Below, one piece after another: positions 26,247-32,402 of a stretch of 32,402 bases of DNA (positions are counted from its first letter, which is position 1; each line of letters starts with the position of its first letter). Made by a program: the position numbers and the translations under genes. The DNA is taken from the IMG/VR virus record IMGVR_UViG_3300017903_000532, positions 1 to 32,402 of that record; one strand, given 5' to 3'. The notes under the pieces were generated by a model, which saw only the letters and a program-made list of their open reading frames with translations, made no database searches and had not been told where the DNA came from. This stretch comes from a virus (taxonomy: Duplodnaviria; Caudoviricetes).

Positions 26247-26736
26247 AGGATGTTTTCATAAAAAAGGGCATGTTTCTATAGTTTCCTCCCAGTATGAACA
26301 TGCCCAACATCTCCAAGATAAATTAAGAAAAGAAGATTTGTATGAATGTTTTATTCATAGAGTAACCCCTTTTATGGCATTACATCAGCCTATAAAAGAA
26401 AAAGATGGGTATGTGTTTACAGCATTATATGAAGATGAACCTGTTGCTATGTTTGGAGTTGCGGATATTGAAAACGATTTAAACATAAATGCAGGTACTG
26501 TTTGGATGTTAGGAAGTGAAAAATTATATAAATGTCAATTATCATTAACAAAAACAAGCAAAGAAGTAGTTGATTGGTTAATGAAAGAGTATGATTTGCT
26601 TGAAAATATTGTTCCTGCAAAAAATAAAAAAACTATACAATGGTTAAAATTTTTAGGGTTTACAGTAAAAAATGACCCTATAAATGTAAATAATTGCGAT
26701 TGTTTTCATTTTGTACGTTGCCATTCTGTTAAATAA
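26224..26736 (+). CDS. T7 gp13-like (DUF2833, GNAT-like fold) protein
   Basis: LR.ED..E, AMFGV, VWMLGS, L.N.V...N...I.WLKFLGF motifs. Confidence 0.75.
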   Translation: MVFPNSIKGCFHKKGHVSIVSSQYEHAQHLQDKLRKEDLYECFIHRVTPFMALHQPIKEKDGYVFTALYEDEPVAMFGVADIENDLNINAGTVWMLGSEKLYKCQLSLTKTSKEVVDWLMKEYDLLENIVPAKNKKTIQWLKFLGFTVKNDPINVNNCDCFHFVRCHSVK

Positions 26737-26746
26737 ATGGCAAATA
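26712..26746 (+). promoter_or_regulatory. Candidate late promoter for the capsid gene
   Basis: TGTACGTTGCCA-N-ATGgCAAATA. Confidence 0.55.
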
Positions 26747-26844
26747 GATAGTATGACCCTCTGTAGCTGACAGCCCTAATGGATAACTGGATGAAGCGAA
26801 AAGTGGATAATCTGTTAAATGTAAACTTTTAATAGGAGCTTAAA

Positions 26845-27660
26845 ATGGCGAATACAATAGATGTCGCTTTTATTAAGCAGTTCGAGTCTGAAGTTCACAT
26901 GGCTTATCAGCGTATGGGTTCTAAGTTAAGAAATACTGTACGTACTGTTGGTAATGTTCGTGGTAGCGTTGTACGCTTTCAGAAAATAGGCACTGGTTCT
27001 GCTTCAACTAAGTCACGCAATGGTGACGTAACACCAATGGAACTTGCACATACAACTGTGGAAGCCACCATGTCTGATTTTTATGCGGCTGAATATATAG
27101 ACAAGCTGGATGAATTAAAGACAAACATCGATGAGCGTCAGGCAGTAGCACAATCTGCGGCCGCGGCTTTAGGTCGTAAAACAGATGACTTGCTTATTAC
27201 TGCTATGGATGCAGGCGCAAACTCTACTCAGATTAACGATACAAGTGGTGCGTTAGTAAAAGATGATTTGCTTACTTTGTTTGAAACTTTTGGTAGTGCA
27301 AACATTCCAGAAGATGGTGGTCGTTATTTAGCAATGCATCCAAAAGGATATGCAGATTTATTCGCAATTACTGAATTTGCATCATCTGATTTTGTTGGTG
27401 AACAGAATCTTCCATATGCAGGTGGCATGACTATGAAAGAATTTCTTGGATTCAAGATATTCTCAACCTCCGCAGTAGCGGCTGGTAAAAGCATGGCATA
27501 CCACACTTCTGCTGTTGGATTGGGTGTTAACTCCGATGTTTCTACTGAACTTAATTATGTTCCACAGAAAGCATCACATCTTGCAACCTCTATGATGTCA
27601 ATGGGTGCTGTTGTTATCGATAACAATGGTATCTATGAAGTCTTAGATAACAATACGTAG
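26845..27660 (+). CDS. Major capsid protein
   Basis: AFIKQF...V...YQ..GSKLR.TVR, D..D..K, ALGRK.D, FLGF; AGGAG RBS; position after the scaffold. Confidence 0.92.
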   Translation: MANTIDVAFIKQFESEVHMAYQRMGSKLRNTVRTVGNVRGSVVRFQKIGTGSASTKSRNGDVTPMELAHTTVEATMSDFYAAEYIDKLDELKTNIDERQAVAQSAAAALGRKTDDLLITAMDAGANSTQINDTSGALVKDDLLTLFETFGSANIPEDGGRYLAMHPKGYADLFAITEFASSDFVGEQNLPYAGGMTMKEFLGFKIFSTSAVAAGKSMAYHTSAVGLGVNSDVSTELNYVPQKASHLATSMMSMGAVVIDNNGIYEVLDNNT

Positions 27661-27669
27661 GAGGATTGA

Positions 27670-27930
27670 ATGGCTTATAATTCTGCAAATCTAACTCGTT
27701 TAGCAGGTGGTTCTGGTGTTAATCTTTGGCACTATACTTCTGCTGATGCAATTGCAACTGTTAAGGCATCTGGTTATTTTACTGGAGAAGCAGTTAACAT
27801 GATGAGAGCGAGAGATGTAATCATTTGTGTAGATACTGCTACACCTACAACTTATGTAGCTTCTGTTTTAAGTAATGATGGGACAACCATTAATACTTCA
27901 CAGGGCACTCAAGTGTCAGAAACAGACTAA
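27670..27930 (+). CDS. Probable capsid decoration protein
   Basis: 86 aa, strong AGGAGG RBS, between the capsid gene and a hairpin. Confidence 0.6.
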   Translation: MAYNSANLTRLAGGSGVNLWHYTSADAIATVKASGYFTGEAVNMMRARDVIICVDTATPTTYVASVLSNDGTTINTSQGTQVSETD

Positions 27931-27934
27931 GGGA

Positions 27935-27967
27935 TAGGGAGATGTAATCCTAGCTTACATCTCCCTA
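27935..27967 (+). terminator. 13-bp hairpin after capsid genes (terminator or stabiliser)
   Basis: TAGGGAGATGTAA-N7-TTACATCTCCCTA; lacks a U-tract. Confidence 0.6.
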
Positions 27968-27974
27968 ACATAAT

Positions 27975-28562
27975 ATGGCTCCAACAAGCGCATCATCCTC
28001 ATTAGATATAACAAATCGTGCATTAATTCTTGTAGGTGCAAATACTATTTCATCCTTTGATGAAGATAGTGAAGAAGGTCGTGTATCAAATTCTATGTAT
28101 GAAGATATGATACGCACATTGCTTATATCTTCACGATGGAGATTTGCAACAAAACAGGCTCAATTAAATCTTTTATCTGAAACACCTCTTGGTAGATATA
28201 CAAGAAAGTATCAGTTACCATCAGATTATTTAATGCTTCATGCCATTACTGTAAATGATTTAGCAATTGAATATAACGTATATGAAGATGAAGTATATGC
28301 AGACACAGATTCAGCAGATACTTTAATTGCTGATTATGCATTTAGAGTATCAGAAGCAAACTTTCCTTCTTATTTTATAATGCTTGCTGAATATCGAATG
28401 GCAACTATTCTTGCAACTGCATTAGCAAGAGATGAGCAAATGGCATCATTGTTTAATGCAGAAACAACTGTTATGGCACAACAAGCTAAAACATTAGACT
28501 CACAACAACAAACAACACGTAAACTGGTGACATCGAGATTTATTACTGACAGGAGAAGTTAA
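27975..28562 (+). CDS. Tail tubular protein A (adaptor)
   Basis: I.NRAL..VG...I.SF, WRFA, YQLPSD.L motifs. Confidence 0.88.
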   Translation: MAPTSASSSLDITNRALILVGANTISSFDEDSEEGRVSNSMYEDMIRTLLISSRWRFATKQAQLNLLSETPLGRYTRKYQLPSDYLMLHAITVNDLAIEYNVYEDEVYADTDSADTLIADYAFRVSEANFPSYFIMLAEYRMATILATALARDEQMASLFNAETTVMAQQAKTLDSQQQTTRKLVTSRFITDRRS

Positions 28563-31500
28563 TGGCAAGGGTGCGAATACCTTTAAATAATTTTTCTTTT
28601 GGTGAAGTAAATCCCTCTCTTTCAAGTAGAACAGATAATGCGATATATGCTCAATCTGGTGAGAAGGTAGAGAATTTTTTTATACGACCTGAGGGCGGTT
28701 TAAAAAAACGTGCAGGCACATGGCTTCATGATTCTATACCGCATGAAGGTATGTCTTCATCTACTTCTAATATGGATGTTCGTCTTGAGCCATTTGTATT
28801 TTCTGATGATGAGAAATATATCATAGCATTTGATGATGGTGGATTTACCCCATATCGTGTTGAGCCTAATATAACAGATGCTATTGATAATACTTTTGGT
28901 GATAGTCTTGGTATTTCTCAATTAGAAAGAATAACATCAGACCAAATATTTAGATTTAATAATATTGGAGTTCATGGCCCTAGTAGTATTGGTCATCCTA
29001 TTGGAACTAATCCAGCTAACTCTTATGTCATAAATACAATAGGTGTAGTTAGATTTAAAATTACATTAAATTCAACTAACTTTTTTCATACTTCTTTGAC
29101 TGATGCTAACTATGCGTCTGGAACAACTCTTCCAATAAGAAGAGGTAAAACAATTTTAAGATTAAGCACGGATAATGGCAAACCATTTACTCCTGCAAAT
29201 AATGTTTTTCTTTTTGATGAAACATATAGTGGAACAACAACAACAACTGATGTTGGCGGCACAGGATTAGACATAACTGTAATTACGATAAAGTCTGGCG
29301 TTAATGGTGCATCAACAAAATATAATATACGTTATTCAAATAATACTGATATTACATTAAAATTTGAAATAGACAGTCAAGAAATAATTCTAAATCCTAA
29401 TCAACTTTATGAAGAGTTTAATCAATCATCTACGAGTTGGTCGGTTACTTTTAAAGAAGATGTTGAAAAAATTATATGGACTTCTGGTTATGGTGGAGAT
29501 TCTTCTAATCCTTTGTCAATAGGAACTCTTTCTACAACTCCTACTCCAATGTCTGTTTTAGATAATAATAATGATAATGGTTTAACGAGTAGCGGTAGTG
29601 CTCTTTGTTCTCTTGAAGTTTTTACATCAAGTGAAATAACATCAACAGATTACGTTCCTTGTCCTTGGACAAGCTCTACATTAAATCAATTTACATATAC
29701 ACAGCGTGGCGATTTTATGATTATCTGCCATGATACTTGGAATCCTGTGATGATAGTACGTACAGGATTGAATACATTTGAGATAAGAGAATTTGATTTT
29801 GATAAATCGTTAGATGGCAATCGTATTTTTCAACCTTATTATAATTTTCAAGAAAGTAGTAATACACTTACTCCATCAGGTACTACTGGCTCTGTAACTC
29901 TAACAACTTCTCAAAATTATTTTACTTCTGCTCATGTAGGCACAACACTTTTAATTGGTCAGACAGAAGCTACTATAACTGCATTTACAAACGCTAAGAA
30001 CGTGACTGCATCTATCTTAGGTACATTAGAGTTTCAACTTGATAGAGATGCTTTAAAGACTGCAAAGGGTTCAAACAAAGTAGAAGTAACCCATGCATTA
30101 CATGGATTACAATCTGGTTCTTCTATTGTAATATCTGAGGCTGGTGGTGTTGGTGGTATAGGTTCAGGAAATATAAATGGCACACGTACTATTTCTGAAG
30201 TAATTGATGATAATACATATAAAATAACTGCTGGTGCAAGTGCTACTTCTACAGAAGACGGTGGTGGTTCTCCAAAGATATCTGGCACTGCGGCAACAAC
30301 AGAATGGTATGAGCAGTCTTATTCTGCTTATAGAGGCTATCCACAAGCTGTTACATTTCATGAGGATAGATTATGGTTTGCAGGCACACCTTCACAGCCA
30401 TTAGGTATATGGGCATCACGCACAGGAAAGTATTTTGATTTTGATATTCGTGATGGTGAGGCTGACGATGCAATTGATATTGAAGCAAATATAGGTGTTC
30501 AAGCACAAATAAGACATCTTGTTAGTAATCGTGATTTACAGATATTTGCATCTGAGTTTGAATTTTTTATTCCTGCTTTTACAGATCAACCAGTTACACC
30601 TGCAAATGCAAAGATATCATCTCAAACACCTTTTGGTATTGGATATACAAAGCCATTACCGTTTGATGGTGTAACAATATTTGCACAGGCTGATGGCAAA
30701 ACAATAAGAGATTTTTTATATTCAGATGCAGAAGGAGCTTATGTATCTAATCCAATCTCTTTACTTTCATCTCACATGACTGAAAATGTTTATCAATCGT
30801 GTGTATTAAAAGGTGGGCTTAATCAGTCTGGTTCTTATTTGTTTTTAATGAGAAGCAAAGCTGATTCTGTTGATTATACAAACACAGAGCTTTTGGTTTA
30901 TTATCAGATAAGAGGTGATAGACGTTCTGGTTGGGTAAGATGGACAACTAATTATGGATATATGCAATCAATTTGTGCTGTTGATAATCGTTTGTTTGTA
31001 GCATGTAATAGACGCTCAGATTCAACCAAGAGATTTGTTATTGAAGAATTTACTAATGCTGTAAATGCAGAACATTGTTCCTCTCCTCATATGGTAAATG
31101 ATAGTACAGCAGGAACATACGTTGCTAGTAAATCATCAGCACAGTTTCCAAATGCAGGCACTTCGAAAGTAGCCATGTTTACATCAACAAATATTTTACT
31201 TGATGAATATACTTTGTCTTCTGGTGAAATAGATGTTGGTGATTATAGCGTTGATTATTCTAGTGGTTATATTGGGTTTCCATTTACAGCAACAGCAAAA
31301 ACACAAAGTCTTGATGCACTTGTAGAAGGAGGCCCTCTTACAGGTAGACCAAGACGTATTACAAAAGTTGTTGCTGACTTACAAGATACAAAAAGCGTTG
31401 TAATTAACGGAACAAAGATGTTGCCAAAATATGTAAATAATAGTCCAGCACAAGGAATTATTGCAGTATCAGAACGAAAAGAATTTCATGTCAGAGGTAT

Positions 31501-31585
31501 TACCAAAGACCCTAAAGTTACAATTACACAAGATAAATCTCTTCCTTGTCAGGTTGATGGTATAGTTGTAGAGGTGGCGTTTTAA
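28562..31585 (+). CDS. Tail tubular protein B (nozzle) with large insertion
   Basis: NFS.GEV.P....R.D, N....P.GG...R.GT, L.PF.FS, GYP..V.FHEDRLWF.G, W.SR.G.YFDF motifs; 1007 aa. Confidence 0.9.
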   Translation: MARVRIPLNNFSFGEVNPSLSSRTDNAIYAQSGEKVENFFIRPEGGLKKRAGTWLHDSIPHEGMSSSTSNMDVRLEPFVFSDDEKYIIAFDDGGFTPYRVEPNITDAIDNTFGDSLGISQLERITSDQIFRFNNIGVHGPSSIGHPIGTNPANSYVINTIGVVRFKITLNSTNFFHTSLTDANYASGTTLPIRRGKTILRLSTDNGKPFTPANNVFLFDETYSGTTTTTDVGGTGLDITVITIKSGVNGASTKYNIRYSNNTDITLKFEIDSQEIILNPNQLYEEFNQSSTSWSVTFKEDVEKIIWTSGYGGDSSNPLSIGTLSTTPTPMSVLDNNNDNGLTSSGSALCSLEVFTSSEITSTDYVPCPWTSSTLNQFTYTQRGDFMIICHDTWNPVMIVRTGLNTFEIREFDFDKSLDGNRIFQPYYNFQESSNTLTPSGTTGSVTLTTSQNYFTSAHVGTTLLIGQTEATITAFTNAKNVTASILGTLEFQLDRDALKTAKGSNKVEVTHALHGLQSGSSIVISEAGGVGGIGSGNINGTRTISEVIDDNTYKITAGASATSTEDGGGSPKISGTAATTEWYEQSYSAYRGYPQAVTFHEDRLWFAGTPSQPLGIWASRTGKYFDFDIRDGEADDAIDIEANIGVQAQIRHLVSNRDLQIFASEFEFFIPAFTDQPVTPANAKISSQTPFGIGYTKPLPFDGVTIFAQADGKTIRDFLYSDAEGAYVSNPISLLSSHMTENVYQSCVLKGGLNQSGSYLFLMRSKADSVDYTNTELLVYYQIRGDRRSGWVRWTTNYGYMQSICAVDNRLFVACNRRSDSTKRFVIEEFTNAVNAEHCSSPHMVNDSTAGTYVASKSSAQFPNAGTSKVAMFTSTNILLDEYTLSSGEIDVGDYSVDYSSGYIGFPFTATAKTQSLDALVEGGPLTGRPRRITKVVADLQDTKSVVINGTKMLPKYVNNSPAQGIIAVSERKEFHVRGITKDPKVTITQDKSLPCQVDGIVVEVAF

Positions 31586-32037
31586 TGAGTCCAATTTTTT
31601 ATCTTGCCGTTGGCGGCATAAATTTTATGATGCAACAACAAGCAGGTGTAGCACAGCAACAATTATATAATCGTCAAGCACAACAGTTTGAATTTAATGC
31701 TGATATGCAAAAGCTTCGTGGTTTGCAAGAAAGTAATGCATTAACAGAAAAATTTAATACTTATCAAAAACAAGCAAATGCTCAACGTGCAAAACTTGGA
31801 CGCTCAACAAGTGACCGTTCTATTAATGCAATGCTTGATAAAGCAAGACGTTCTAATAGAGAAGAACAAGCAAGGAGTTTATTACAAAACTTAGCTTCTG
31901 CACAACAATCATTAGGTCAAGCAGATATCTCAAGGATGGAAGGTGGTATTGCAAGACAAACTGCATTTTTAACTGGATTTAATTCTTTAGCAACTGGCGT
32001 TTATAGAGCGCAAAGTTTAGGATTTGGTGGTGGATAA
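31585..32037 (+). CDS. Small internal virion protein (T7 gp14-like position)
   Basis: 150 aa, Gln/Ala-rich, hydrophobic Gly-rich ends, after tail tube B. Confidence 0.7.
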   Translation: MSPIFYLAVGGINFMMQQQAGVAQQQLYNRQAQQFEFNADMQKLRGLQESNALTEKFNTYQKQANAQRAKLGRSTSDRSINAMLDKARRSNREEQARSLLQNLASAQQSLGQADISRMEGGIARQTAFLTGFNSLATGVYRAQSLGFGGG

Positions 32038-32038
32038 A

Positions 32039-32402
32039 ATGGCTATTCAAGTATATCGAACATCCCAAAATTTTAATTCACCAATAGGGGTTGCTGGTGT
32101 AAGTCAAGCTCCTACAAGATTAGCTAATGCATTTTCACAAGTAACTGAAAATATTGCACAAATGCAATACAAAAAAGATGTAAGAAAACAAGAAGAGCAA
32201 GCATTAGATACTGTAAGTCAAATGTCATTGAGACAAACAGACCCAAATGATCCAACTGGCAGAGGTACATTAGTATTTAAAGAATTACCAGAAAGTTTTT
32301 CTCCAGTACAAAGAAGAGCTGTTCAAGAAACTCTTGATAAAATGTATGCCCAACAAATACAATTTGATGTTCAATACAAAACTGCTGAATTAGCTAGAGA
32401 AT
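32039..32402 (+). CDS. Internal virion protein, N-terminal part (truncated by window end)
   Basis: MAIQVYRTSQNFNSPIGV...KTAELARE, open to the end; in frame with the ORF at the window start. Confidence 0.75.
   Translation, partial: MAIQVYRTSQNFNSPIGVAGVSQAPTRLANAFSQVTENIAQMQYKKDVRKQEEQALDTVSQMSLRQTDPNDPTGRGTLVFKELPESFSPVQRRAVQETLDKMYAQQIQFDVQYKTAELARE

Noticed and set aside
2135-30361. Many short antisense or alternate-frame ORFs in the track (e.g. 2135-2479, 6215-6661, 16922-17296, 22322-22645, 30034-30288)
   Set aside because: Fully nested opposite or within well-supported genes, with no RBS or motifs; shadow ORFs.
1-32402. CRISPR array, tRNA, integrase/att site, alternative genetic code
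   Set aside because: No regularly spaced repeats, cloverleaf or recombinase motifs seen by eye, and genes tile densely under the standard code. A tRNA or Rfam scan was not possible.

Overview
This window looks like an essentially complete (~32.4 kb, AT-rich) genome of a podovirus-type tailed phage, opened inside an internal-virion gene: the ORF running off the right end is in frame with the ORF entering at the left end. The + strand carries the late arm: terS, a cluster of tiny basic proteins, terL, portal, Bbp19-like protein, scaffold, gp13-like protein, major capsid, tail tube A/B, ejection proteins, tail fibres, holins and an M15 endolysin. The - strand (11.8-18.4 kb) carries the early arm: DUF932-like protein, HTH regulators, Holliday-junction resolvase, YqaJ exonuclease, ERF recombinase and an SSB-like protein. 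I see no DNA polymerase, primase/helicase, RNA polymerase, integrase or ParA/ParB. The most striking signals are non-coding: (1) a ~317-nt strand-asymmetric rod hairpin at the early/late junction that assembles a -35/-10 promoter for the first early gene only when the + strand is folded (Frpo-like ssDNA promoter candidate); (2) a perfect chromosomal parS palindrome; (3) a candidate 3'-end small RNA complementary to the extended Shine-Dalgarno shared by early genes; (4) a repeated operator in three early promoters and a distinct motif in three late promoters. Family assignments come from motif recognition only, with no database search. A marine alphaproteobacterial host is an inference.
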